64,000 nt of DNA from an uncultured Eubacteriales bacterium (GCA_949001935.1 CARJLX010000001.1:67231-131230); one strand, 5' to 3'. Positions 34,671 through 44,101 are shown, numbered from the stretch's first letter. The notes: generated by a model not told the origin, from the sequence alone. Made by a program: numbers and translations.

Positions 34671-36154
34671 TTTTGAATAAAAACCTAGTGAAAGGCAAGA
34701 AGAAAACTCAAAAAAATCTTATTTATGATGTATTTCAAAACTTTGTAGACTCTTCTATTGCAGAAAGCAGGCAAGAGATTAAAAATGTATCTTCAACTTA
34801 TAACTTTGATATATCAAATGGAGAACTTAAAAGTGGTTATGGGTTTAAAAGACTACAAATGCCAACTAGCAGTTCAAACCTTGATAGTGAAGAGGTTTTA
34901 GCGTTGGATGGCAATGAAGTTTATGCTTTATGGTCTTTCAAATGGTATAGTTCGCTTGCTAAAGAGAACAGATACTATATTGTTTATTATAACGACTTAA
35001 ACAGGCTTGGCTTTGCAAATCTTTTCAATGCTCGTCCAGTTGCCTTGTTTGCTCCAACAGACTTTACTAGTACACCTGTTGGAAACAAAACAAGATACAA
35101 TGGTGACGATGCTATGGTATTTTCTGGCGACATTGATGGACTTTATTTAATGACTGGAAATATTTCAAGAATGTACGAAGATGCACCAAGGGTTTTGTCT
35201 ATTTGTTGGCAGTTTGATAAATATTTTGCAATCACAGCTGGTGAACAGGCTAATTTATATTACAGTGACAATAAAGACATAACTTCTTGGACGGCTCAAA
35301 CCATGAAAGAGATAACATTTGATGATGATAAGGGCAAGCTCAACAAGGTTATGGCGTTCAACGACTATGTTTATGTTTTTAGAGATTTTGGCATAACTAA
35401 AATTTCTATTTATAGTACAAAAAACTTATTTGATGTTAGTGGCATTTATCAATGTGATAGTTTTATTTATCCTGGGACAATCGCATCATCGGGAGATAAA
35501 ATATATTTTCTTGAAGGTTCGGGTATTTATTCCTTCAATGGTTCTTCTACAACAAAAATCAATCTTGAATGTGATGATATGTTAAATAAGACTCAAAAAC
35601 ACAATGCAAGTGCCGTTTGTTTTGAGGGCAGGTATTATCTTGCATGTCGTTATAATTTTGATGATGGTAAAGTTGTAGGGTGCGAAAATGAAGAGGGATA
35701 TGTAAATAATGTCCTTTTTGTGCTTGATTTGGTTTCTAAAAAAGTTAATCTTTTGCGAGGAGTTGATATTAAACAACTTTGTGTCTTGAATAATCCATTT
35801 AAAAGTAAGGTTGTTGCATGTTTTAATGGGAACAATAAAAGTTTTATTGGCGAACTTACTATGGATGGAGATGTATTTGAAGTTTCAACAAGCAAAGAAT
35901 GGACGAGTGTATTAAGTGATTTGAAAGAGCCTGAAAAACTTAAAAAGATTGAATATTTAACTATAAAATCGACAACCGATTGTGAGGTTAAAATTGATAG
36001 TGATAGAGAAGATAAGAGAATTCAAGTTTTGGGTTGTGAAAAATTACAAAAATTGAGTGTTAATGTTTTAGGGCGTGAATTTAAAATTTCATTCTCAACA
36101 ACAAGTAAAGATGCAAACATTTCAAATGTTAAATTAGGCTATAGTATAACCTAA
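34667..36154 (+). CDS. Beta-propeller-like tail nozzle/tubular candidate (495 aa)
   Basis: Start at ATG 34667, behind AGGAGGTGG. It has repeated Y/F-rich beta-strand blades (YALWSF, YIVYYND, YLMTG, YFAITAG, YVYVFRDFG, IYFLEGSG, YYLACRY, LFVLDL). Its position corresponds to T7 gp12. Confidence 0.35.
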   Translation: MILNKNLVKGKKKTQKNLIYDVFQNFVDSSIAESRQEIKNVSSTYNFDISNGELKSGYGFKRLQMPTSSSNLDSEEVLALDGNEVYALWSFKWYSSLAKENRYYIVYYNDLNRLGFANLFNARPVALFAPTDFTSTPVGNKTRYNGDDAMVFSGDIDGLYLMTGNISRMYEDAPRVLSICWQFDKYFAITAGEQANLYYSDNKDITSWTAQTMKEITFDDDKGKLNKVMAFNDYVYVFRDFGITKISIYSTKNLFDVSGIYQCDSFIYPGTIASSGDKIYFLEGSGIYSFNGSSTTKINLECDDMLNKTQKHNASAVCFEGRYYLACRYNFDDGKVVGCENEEGYVNNVLFVLDLVSKKVNLLRGVDIKQLCVLNNPFKSKVVACFNGNNKSFIGELTMDGDVFEVSTSKEWTSVLSDLKEPEKLKKIEYLTIKSTTDCEVKIDSDREDKRIQVLGCEKLQKLSVNVLGREFKISFSTTSKDANISNVKLGYSIT

Positions 36155-36275
36155 TGATAATTTTCAATTTAGGACATATTTCCCACTACAAAAAAAAGAA
36201 ATTAATTCGTGAGGTGGGCGATATGAAAAAACTTTTTAATGAAGAAATACTAGGACGATCTAAGGATAAAGGTCT

Positions 36276-36500
36276 ATGAGTTTTTGGAATGAAATAATAA
36301 GCGTTGTTGTTAGTAATGGAATTTTTGCCACATTATTTGTTTTTCTATTTTTCTATCAACTAAAAGATAGTTCTAAACGCGAAAAAGCATATCAGCAAAC
36401 AATAACCGATCTTACTCAACATTTAGAAATGATTGAGGAGGTTAAAGAAGAGGTTAAAGAATTGCAAGGACTTATCAAAGGAGGGGAAGATGAAAAATAA
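36276..36500 (+). CDS. BhlA/UviB-family holin-like protein
   Basis: 74 aa with an N-terminal TM segment NGIFATLFVFLFFYQLKDSSKREKAY, typical of BhlA, followed by an acidic coiled tail. Confidence 0.65.
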   Translation: MSFWNEIISVVVSNGIFATLFVFLFFYQLKDSSKREKAYQQTITDLTQHLEMIEEVKEEVKELQGLIKGGEDEK

Positions 36501-36756
36501 ATTTCGATCTTATGGATTTTGGACAGCACTTGCTGGAGCGGTTGTGGTGCTGCTAAATGCATTAGGTCAAGCCTTTGGATTTTCTGTGAATGATGAAATT
36601 GTGACAAGTATAATTATGGCGATAGCGGGTGTACTTGTTGTGTTTGGAGTTGTCAGTATGCCAAAAGGTGAAGACGAAAATAAACAAGATGAAATTGAAG
36701 AACAAAAAGAAGATCAAGAAGAATTGGAAGAAAATAAAGATAACAAGCAAGAATAA
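36490..36756 (+). CDS. Phage holin (two-TM, phi LC3/SPP1-like pattern)
   Basis: Start at ATG 36490, behind AGGAGGGG. MKNKFRSYGFWTALAGAVVVLLNALGQAFGF...IIMAIAGVLVVFGVV, followed by a highly charged tail. Confidence 0.6.
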   Translation: MKNKFRSYGFWTALAGAVVVLLNALGQAFGFSVNDEIVTSIIMAIAGVLVVFGVVSMPKGEDENKQDEIEEQKEDQEELEENKDNKQE

Positions 36757-36782
36757 AAAAGGTGCCATTGGCACCTTTTTTT
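36755..36782 (+). terminator. Intrinsic terminator ending the phage-like module
   Basis: Hairpin GGTGCC-att-GGCACC followed by T7. Confidence 0.8.
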
Positions 36783-36880
36783 AGCAATATAAAATTCATT
36801 GGATTTTTATTGTTTCTATAGATAAAATTTAAATAAATTAGTTTTTATAAATTGTTAATTTAAAAGAAATTAAAAGTATA

Positions 36881-36927
36881 AAACAAAGCATTTGAAATCT
36901 TTGATAAAAGATACAAATGCTTTGTTT
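36881..36927. repeat. 47-nt near-perfect hairpin
   Basis: AAACAAAGCATTTG ... CAAATGCTTTGTTT forms a 14-bp perfect stem around an inner ATCTTT/AAAGAT pairing. Confidence 0.6.
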
Positions 36928-36931
36928 TTAG

Positions 36932-36964
36932 TTTTCTTTTGTTTACTTTTCTTTAAAAGAAAAG
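36932..36964 (-). repeat. Dispersed hairpin repeat, copy R3
   Basis: The reverse complement reads CTTTTCTTTTAAAGAAAAGTAAACAAAAGAAAA. It lies about 10 nt downstream of the stop of the minus-strand gene ending at 36975. Confidence 0.6.
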
Positions 36965-36974
36965 TAATGCTAAA

Positions 36975-39074
36975 TTAAGCCACAACAGCGAGTCCTACTT
37001 GGAACTTGTAGTTTTTGGTTGCATAGTCGGATGCAGTCGTCACTTTTACAACCTCAAAAGCAACTTCAAAGAAATCGCAACCATCACTGCCAGAGAACTT
37101 TTCTGGATTTAAAGTTCCATAAGTGTAGGTGGTTTTATCTTCCTCGTTGAAACCATTTTGCATAGTGTAGTAATTGCGTCTGTCGTTGTTTCCTGTTAAA
37201 GGAAGTGCTGTGCCAATGCTTACAAGTCCGTTATACTCTTCTATAGATTGAAGTATACCATTGCCGATATCAGTAGTAAATTCACTGCAAGTGATACCTC
37301 TTGCTTTGCCATTTATGTCGTCCGAATTTATGCCATAAAGCATTGCGGTATTGTTTTTAGAGCCATAAGAGAAACCAGTATCTTGAATTGTTATTTGCAT
37401 AACCTCGTATTTATTTGTGCCTTGTTTGAGATAGGCAGGTCGATATAAATTGTCCTCTTTTGTGTAGTGATTCATGTGGATATTGATTGTGATAGACTCG
37501 TTGCCAACAATGTCGTCGCTACCTTTGTAGTTGAACATTAATCTAATATTCGAGAATTGGAATTTTTTTCTAAACATAAGTGCAAAACTTTGATATTCAA
37601 GTTCTGGCAGATTTGCAAACTCATTGCCTTTGTCGGCAGAGATAAAGAAATCGTTTCCAAAATAATCTATAACTTCACTTGCAAGATATCTGTCGTTGAT
37701 AGTAGGAGCATTTTCGTCTTCGCCCTCTTCTGGATTTTGACCGATTGAAACGAGAGTTGTGCATATGTCGATAATTGCATCAATGTTTTCTTCATAGTGT
37801 CTATCAATATCAGTCACTTTGACTGGTGTTGAAACTTCAACTTCAGGTTGAGGTGTTGTTTGAGGATTGCCGTTTTTATCGCAATAAACTTTGGTTGTTG
37901 TGGAGCCTGATGTTTCCTCATAATAATATTGTGTTGAGGTAGTTGTGATTTCGTTGATAGTAAACGAATTGTCGCTGTTTTCGCCAATAATGTTTTGTAA
38001 AATCCAATTTTTAAGACGAATTTGTTGACGATCAGTTATGCCGACATAAGAGCCAACTTTTTTGAAAACATCTTGAATAGTTTCAAGTGCAATATCTACA
38101 GATGATTTTTCGTCGGTTGCAGGATAGCCGGCAATTTCGACTAATGGAGTGCCATCACTTTTTAAACGAACTTCCATACTGTTTGGAGTTAAATCCAAGT
38201 TGAAACAATAAATTGCATATTCAAGTGCTTTTACATAATCACTGTAATTTAAAAATTGTAGTTGTTTTTCTTCGTATTCAGTTCCAAGATAAATTTTTGA
38301 ATAGTTGTTTTGATAGTTTGTTGCGTTATAAATGGTAGAAAATTCTCTATAAATGTCTTGCTTATCAGTAAAACTATTATCAGGATCAAAAGCGGGGGCA
38401 ATAACACTTATATTTTCAGTTGTAAGGGCTTCGGCAGGTTTACCTTCGGTGTCGTAAGCATAGTAGGAATATTCATAATTATTTATATTTGTGTCAAAAC
38501 TCCAATTCCAAGACTTTTGAGTTGACGCTCTAACAACATAACTATTACTTTTTGGAGAAGGCGAACCTTGTGAGAAAGAGCCATCAGCATTTTTTGTTAA
38601 TTTTACTTCTTGACTTATATTATTTCCGTAAGAAGAAATTTGATATCTTATACTATCATAGAAGCCATTTAATTTATCATCAGTGTCTGGAATTATGTTT
38701 TCAAGAATAGTTCCATCATTCAAAGTAATTTCAATTTTTTGAGTGGTAGCGTATGTTCTGGTCAAAGAGTTTAAAATCCACCAAGCATATTGACCATAAT
38801 AGTATTCATTTCCTTGGCCTATGTAATCTTCATCTTCCCAGCCATAACTCTCAGGGCGATATAAAACTTTTGTGCCGTAAAGAGGAACAGATTGAGAAAG
38901 CAGGCGTTGTTCCAAAAATTCTTCATAACTTATCTCACCATTTTCATAGCGGTCTTTTAAGGTAGAAGAGTAGTTTGAGTCATTACCAGAGCATCCAACT
39001 CCAAGCACACCAAAAATGCACACGAGAAGTGAGCAAAGAATTTTTGATAATCTACCTTTGTTTTTCTTTTTCAT
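36975..39074 (-). CDS. Large lipoprotein of unknown function (699 aa)
   Basis: Signal peptide with lipobox LGVGCSG. The protein is rich in Asn, Thr and Tyr, and I recognised no catalytic motif. Confidence 0.7.
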   Translation of the reverse strand: MKKKNKGRLSKILCSLLVCIFGVLGVGCSGNDSNYSSTLKDRYENGEISYEEFLEQRLLSQSVPLYGTKVLYRPESYGWEDEDYIGQGNEYYYGQYAWWILNSLTRTYATTQKIEITLNDGTILENIIPDTDDKLNGFYDSIRYQISSYGNNISQEVKLTKNADGSFSQGSPSPKSNSYVVRASTQKSWNWSFDTNINNYEYSYYAYDTEGKPAEALTTENISVIAPAFDPDNSFTDKQDIYREFSTIYNATNYQNNYSKIYLGTEYEEKQLQFLNYSDYVKALEYAIYCFNLDLTPNSMEVRLKSDGTPLVEIAGYPATDEKSSVDIALETIQDVFKKVGSYVGITDRQQIRLKNWILQNIIGENSDNSFTINEITTTSTQYYYEETSGSTTTKVYCDKNGNPQTTPQPEVEVSTPVKVTDIDRHYEENIDAIIDICTTLVSIGQNPEEGEDENAPTINDRYLASEVIDYFGNDFFISADKGNEFANLPELEYQSFALMFRKKFQFSNIRLMFNYKGSDDIVGNESITINIHMNHYTKEDNLYRPAYLKQGTNKYEVMQITIQDTGFSYGSKNNTAMLYGINSDDINGKARGITCSEFTTDIGNGILQSIEEYNGLVSIGTALPLTGNNDRRNYYTMQNGFNEEDKTTYTYGTLNPEKFSGSDGCDFFEVAFEVVKVTTASDYATKNYKFQVGLAVVA

Positions 39075-39145
39075 AACAATATTGTATACTATTTTTAAAA
39101 ATAAATCAATTATATTAAATAAAAAAGTAGGATACTTCCTACTTT

Positions 39146-40573
39146 TTAAATATTTTGTTCTTTTTCTTGTATTTGAACTGCTAAGAATTCTTTATCACCT
39201 TCATAAACATTGTAAGTTTTTAAAACCTGTGAATAAGTGTCTTTTGAAGGCTCTTTTCCTAAAAAGTTTTCTTTTGCAACTTGAAGTTTAGTTAATGTAG
39301 AATTTGATCTATTTATTTTTAAATTATATTCATAAATAACATTGTCTTTTACCATAACAATAGTATGAGGATCTTGGCCAAGAGTACTTAAACCATACCA
39401 ACCAGTCCAATCTGCTTTTTTATAATCGTCTTTTAATGTTTGGGTTTTAAGAATCTGCACTAGTTCTTGTTCTTTTTCTTCATTACCTATACAAAACGAA
39501 TATTTTTCTATGCATGAAGTAGTTTGTAAATCATAATTTAAGTTTTGTTTATAAATATCTTCATAGGTGATATCTTTTTGTGTTGGAATAGTTAATTCTA
39601 CCCATTTAAGAAATATATCTTGCGTGTCAGTTCTTTGTAAAGTATAAACAGCACCAATAGTATCAACTACCGAAGAGTTTTCTGACTTAGTTAAGTAAAC
39701 ACTAAAAACATCTTGCAATTCTGATTTTTTTGTTGCTTTGTGACAAATATTCTCAACATGTGGTCGCATTGCTTGTTTCACTGCTTCAATATTCTCAGCA
39801 GTGATTTTAAATTCTTCTTCAACTGGAGGTTGTTCTTGTGTGTTGTTTACATAAGAGGAAGGAAGGTTAACAGGTGAGTTATTAACATTATAAACAGCCA
39901 TTGTTTGATTTGGTGTTGTCAAAACAAGTGAGTTATCTTTTGTGTTATATTGGCAAGAAACATTTAATTTTGATGAACTAACATCTGTTTTTCCATTCAA
40001 AGTGATTTGATTATTTTCTTGTTTTGCAGAAGTCCATTCAACCTCTCCAAGAGTTTCACAAAGTGAAGATTTAAGTGTTTGAGCGGTGAAGTTTTGAGTA
40101 GAAAAATTTTTATGCCATTCATTATTTTGAAGGGTGTATTCAAAAGCCTGACCTTCGGTGGTGTCAACATAAGTTATTTCTTGATTTTCTGTTAATTTAA
40201 CTTTACTATCTTCAATTTCAAATATTTTTGCATTATTTCCATTAGTTGTATCAACAGAAGAAGTTAAACTTTTTGCTTTCACGATATTTGAAACGATTTT
40301 GTTATATTCGCCTGTTGCAGTTTCAAGAAGAATTTTATCTTTATCTTCAGTTGTTGGTTTATCTGGTTCAATTGGCTCAACAGGTGTTGGTGGATTTGGA
40401 TTTACTGGTTTAGATGGCACATCTTTACAACTTGTAAACAGGGTTGCACCAAGTGCCAATGTTGCAGCAAGTCCCAACGCACCAAGAACTTTCATAACCT
40501 TTTTAAATCTTTTACCAACAGGTGCTTTATATGTATTTTCTTGTTTTACAATTTCATTAAATTTGTTTTTCAC
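39146..40573 (-). CDS. Lipoprotein of unknown function (about 476 aa)
   Basis: Lipobox LFTSC followed by a Pro-rich linker PVNPNPPTPVEPIEPDKP. The likely start is GTG 40573, behind GGAGGG; the ORF track starts at 40606. Confidence 0.65.
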   Translation of the reverse strand: MKNKFNEIVKQENTYKAPVGKRFKKVMKVLGALGLAATLALGATLFTSCKDVPSKPVNPNPPTPVEPIEPDKPTTEDKDKILLETATGEYNKIVSNIVKAKSLTSSVDTTNGNNAKIFEIEDSKVKLTENQEITYVDTTEGQAFEYTLQNNEWHKNFSTQNFTAQTLKSSLCETLGEVEWTSAKQENNQITLNGKTDVSSSKLNVSCQYNTKDNSLVLTTPNQTMAVYNVNNSPVNLPSSYVNNTQEQPPVEEEFKITAENIEAVKQAMRPHVENICHKATKKSELQDVFSVYLTKSENSSVVDTIGAVYTLQRTDTQDIFLKWVELTIPTQKDITYEDIYKQNLNYDLQTTSCIEKYSFCIGNEEKEQELVQILKTQTLKDDYKKADWTGWYGLSTLGQDPHTIVMVKDNVIYEYNLKINRSNSTLTKLQVAKENFLGKEPSKDTYSQVLKTYNVYEGDKEFLAVQIQEKEQNI

Positions 40574-40715
40574 AATTTCCCTCCATTTATAGATATATTT
40601 TATCATAAAAACAGCATTTTTGCAATAGTTTTTTAAGTAATTATTTTTTAATTTAGTTAAAATAATTGTCTACTTGACTAATTCGACATTTTTTGATACA
40701 ATTTAGGCGATATTT

Positions 40716-42863
40716 ATGGAAGAATGTGTTAAGGCTAGTAAAGAGGCGGGCAAGAAAAAGAAGAAGATTATTCATTTGAGATATCTATTCTATGCTTTTT
40801 TGGCATTTCTTTTAGGTTTAACTCTTGCTAGAAGTTTATATGCAGGCGAGGCTTTATATATCGCAATTACTATAGTAATTTTAATAAGCGTTTTGATTGG
40901 GCTTTGTTTAACTAAGCGTTTTGCTATGTTAATTATTATATTTTCGCTATTTTTTGTTGGGAATGGTTTATATTTTTGGGGTTATTCTTCTTTTATCGGT
41001 CAAACTTACGAGGGGAATGTTGCCGTGGTTGGTCGGGTTAGCGATCGCATTGATGATCATGGAGATTATCTTTCTTTAAAATTGGACAATGTGACAATCA
41101 ATGGCAAGAGTGAGAGAAATATTTGGCTTGGAGTTGAATTAAATGGTAAAAGCATCAAAAATGGTGATATTTTAGCCTTTGAAACCAACATTGAGCATGT
41201 TAAGCTTTACGAGTTTGGTAAGTTTAATTTTACATATTATCGTATGAACACGCCTTACAGGGCTAGCGTTGATTTAGATGAGGTTGTTATCAGTGAGGGT
41301 GGTTTGCGTTATGACGAGAGTATCAGGGCAGATGCCTACAAGCTTCTTCAAGCCAGTATGGGTGAAGAAAATGCTAATATTTGTTTTGCCGTTCTATTTG
41401 GCGACAAAAGTTTTGTTGATGGTGACACCAAAGATTTATACAACAATGTTGGAATTATTCATATTTTAACGGTATCTGGCTTACATGTTGGATTTTTAGT
41501 TGCCTTATTATACTTTTTGCTTAAAAAAGTTAACAAATATATAAGATTTTCGGTACTTTTTGCGGTTTTATTGCTTTATAACATTCTTTGTGGCTTTACT
41601 CCTTCTGTGCTTCGAGCCTCAATTATGGCTTTAGTACTTTTGATATCTAAGTTGAGTGGCAGGGAGTACGACAGTTTAAGTTCGCTTTCACTAGCTGGGT
41701 TTTTGATTATTCTGCCTCAGCCTTTGGTCGCTTTGGATACAGGTTTTTTAATGAGTTTTTTCAGTGTTGCGGGCATTTTCCTATTAAATAAACGAATTTT
41801 TAAGCTTTTATCTAAAGTTATTCCAGAAAAGATTGCAACTTATATTGCTATTTCAATTTCTGCTCAAATTGGAATTACTCCTTTTGTTGCAAGTTTCTTT
41901 TCAACCTATAATTTTCTTGCTGTTTTTGCAAATCTATTTATTCTTCCTGTTTTTGGCTTCTTATTCCCTCTACTTTTTGTGTCGTTTGTTATTGGACTTG
42001 TTCTGCCATTTATGAAATTTCTATTTCACATTATAGACTGGGGATTTGAAGTTATAAACTACATTGCATATATTTTTGGTTCAAGTTCGCTTAAAGTTGA
42101 CCTCAAACCTCTCCCTATTGTATTTAATATTTTACTTTCGCTTGCCATGTTTGTTGTTAGTTATTTTCTTATGGTGGAAAGCGTGGTTAGGTGGGCTTTA
42201 CTTGCCTCTATCGTGTTTGCCTCTTGCATAACTTTTGTCGTTACTGATGGTGGAAATCGAGAGAAGAACTTTATGGAGTACACCGATTATCCGGGAAGTG
42301 AGGTTGTTTACGCTGTTAACGAGCATGGAGAAAGTTTACTTGTTTGTCAATCGGCTGATGCGGGGTTTTATGCAAATTATGCTCACCTTCGTGGTTTTAA
42401 AAGCTTGGATTACATTATCACTTTTGACAATGAGTTAAATGCCGACAATTTTGAAACTTTTGGAGTCAAGGCGGTGGCTTACCCAGACAGAATTCTATAT
42501 AACAAAGAAGGCTATGAAATAGAGAAGGAAAGCAAACATCAATTTGGTGGTTTTGAATTTAAATATAAATTTATTGACGGATTGGTTGCGGGAGTTGAGT
42601 TTTCTGTTAATAATTTTGTAAATTTCTTTGCTAATGATTTGTATTTGAGTTATAATATTGTTGAAAGTTATATTGATTATCTAGAAAGTTCTTCTTTTGC
42701 TTTTAATTTTTTGAATAAGAGCTATTTAGTTTATCCTGCTCAAGTTAAAGGTGAAAAGTTGTGCACATATTCTAATGATTATATAAACAACTCACTTTAT
42801 GTCTTTGGCAATATGAAGATAAATTTTGCGAAACAAAATTATACTTTGAGGTGCGTGGATTGA
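40716..42863 (+). CDS. comEC: ComEC/Rec2-family DNA internalisation channel protein
   Basis: 715 aa and polytopic, with the competence-domain motif IIHILTVSGLHVGFL. It sits upstream of holA, as is typical for Bacillota. Confidence 0.8.
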   Translation: MEECVKASKEAGKKKKKIIHLRYLFYAFLAFLLGLTLARSLYAGEALYIAITIVILISVLIGLCLTKRFAMLIIIFSLFFVGNGLYFWGYSSFIGQTYEGNVAVVGRVSDRIDDHGDYLSLKLDNVTINGKSERNIWLGVELNGKSIKNGDILAFETNIEHVKLYEFGKFNFTYYRMNTPYRASVDLDEVVISEGGLRYDESIRADAYKLLQASMGEENANICFAVLFGDKSFVDGDTKDLYNNVGIIHILTVSGLHVGFLVALLYFLLKKVNKYIRFSVLFAVLLLYNILCGFTPSVLRASIMALVLLISKLSGREYDSLSSLSLAGFLIILPQPLVALDTGFLMSFFSVAGIFLLNKRIFKLLSKVIPEKIATYIAISISAQIGITPFVASFFSTYNFLAVFANLFILPVFGFLFPLLFVSFVIGLVLPFMKFLFHIIDWGFEVINYIAYIFGSSSLKVDLKPLPIVFNILLSLAMFVVSYFLMVESVVRWALLASIVFASCITFVVTDGGNREKNFMEYTDYPGSEVVYAVNEHGESLLVCQSADAGFYANYAHLRGFKSLDYIITFDNELNADNFETFGVKAVAYPDRILYNKEGYEIEKESKHQFGGFEFKYKFIDGLVAGVEFSVNNFVNFFANDLYLSYNIVESYIDYLESSSFAFNFLNKSYLVYPAQVKGEKLCTYSNDYINNSLYVFGNMKINFAKQNYTLRCVD

Positions 42864-43804
42864 AAACATTAAAAAATAGACTAAAATCGTCTGTAAAAGT
42901 TTGTTATCTTCTTGAAGGGGACGACCTCTATCTTTTTGATAAGGCAATTTCTATGATAAAAAAAGCCTGCAATCTTGAACTTGAAGAATTCAACCTTTCT
43001 GTTTTTGATGACGAAAACTATTCTATGAAAGCAATTTTAGATGCCTGCGAAGTTATGCCTATGGTAGGCGACAAAAAAGTTGTTTTATTAAAAAATATAT
43101 CTAAAGTGACAGAAAGCGATAAAAAACTTCTAGAAAAATATCTAACTTCACCTCTAGAAAGTACTTGTCTAATAATAAGTGATTTTGACGGCAAATTTGC
43201 GTCAATAAAAACTAAAACTGAGTTTGTTGATTGCAAGCGTATGGATAGAAATCTTGCAACGGCTGTTATTGTTGCAGAATTATCCAAACAAGGCAAACAA
43301 ATTAGCGGTGAGGCGGTTGCAACATTGTTAGATTATTGCAATAGTTATTTGACAGGGGTTATGAACGAACTTGACAAACTTATAAATTATGACGCTAGCC
43401 AATCTCTTGTCACCAAAAAGGTTGTGGAAGAAGTGGTATCCAAAGCCACCGAATTTACAGTTTTTGAATTGACCGAAGCCTTAGGCAAAAAGGACAGCGA
43501 CAAGGCTTTAGAACTTGTTAGTTTGATGGAAAAGGATATTTCCACGTTATCTTTAATAACCAATCATTTTAGGCGATTATTTTTTATCGCGATAAGTGAC
43601 TCTAGCGACAGTGAACTTGCTTCTTTATTAGGTGTCAAGGAATATGCCATCACAAAGGCACGGGGGCAGGTTAAAAATTTTTCCAAGATGCAATTAAAAA
43701 AGATTTACTCTTTACTTGAAAAGGTGGATTATTTTATCAAGTCTGGGCAAATGCTTGCTTTAAATGCTTTATATTATCTTGTTTTTTCTATTCTTTATAT
43801 TTAA
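42851..43804 (+). CDS. holA: DNA polymerase III delta subunit
   Basis: 317 aa. It follows comEC in conserved synteny, and its N-terminus VCYLLEGDDLYLFDKA is typical of HolA. The exact start is uncertain (GTG 42851 or TTG 42860). Confidence 0.7.
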   Translation: MRGLKTLKNRLKSSVKVCYLLEGDDLYLFDKAISMIKKACNLELEEFNLSVFDDENYSMKAILDACEVMPMVGDKKVVLLKNISKVTESDKKLLEKYLTSPLESTCLIISDFDGKFASIKTKTEFVDCKRMDRNLATAVIVAELSKQGKQISGEAVATLLDYCNSYLTGVMNELDKLINYDASQSLVTKKVVEEVVSKATEFTVFELTEALGKKDSDKALELVSLMEKDISTLSLITNHFRRLFFIAISDSSDSELASLLGVKEYAITKARGQVKNFSKMQLKKIYSLLEKVDYFIKSGQMLALNALYYLVFSILYI

Positions 43805-43809
43805 TTTTT

Positions 43810-43840
43810 CTTTTCTTTTAAAGAAAAGAAACAAAAGAAA
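43810..43840 (+). repeat. Dispersed hairpin repeat, copy R4 (closest to consensus)
   Basis: CTTTTCTTTTAAAGAAAAGAAACAAAAGAAA, located 6 nt after the holA stop. Confidence 0.6.
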
Positions 43841-43891
43841 TCTAAATCAAACAAAAAGCTGAGAAAATTTTCTCAGTTTTTTGTTTGATTA

Positions 43892-44101
43892 TTATTCTTC
43901 TCTTCCTAATAAATAATCTGTTGTCACTTTATAAAAATCGGCTAGTTTACACAACATTTCTAATGATGGTTCTCTATCACCTGTTTCATATTTGCCGTAA
44001 GTTGATCTTGAAATATTCAAAAAATCAGCAACATCTTGTTGCGAATATTCATTCTCTTTTCTAAGTTCTTTCAATATTCTTGAAATTTTCAATAAAATCA
44101 T
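43892..44101 (-). CDS. XRE-family HTH regulator (69 aa)
   Basis: Start set at MILLKISRILKELRKENEYSQQDVADFLNISRSTYGKYE; C-terminus is DYLLGREE. Confidence 0.8.
   Translation of the reverse strand: MILLKISRILKELRKENEYSQQDVADFLNISRSTYGKYETGDREPSLEMLCKLADFYKVTTDYLLGREE

Larger units (their letters stand above)
29381..36756 (+). mobile_element. Degenerate podovirus-like prophage remnant or capsid-module island
   Basis: Co-directional, tightly packed genes: terS-like fragment, small Cys protein, portal, scaffold, major capsid, three head-completion/adaptor/nozzle candidates and two holins. I recognised no integrase, TerL, tail fibre or endolysin. Confidence 0.65.
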
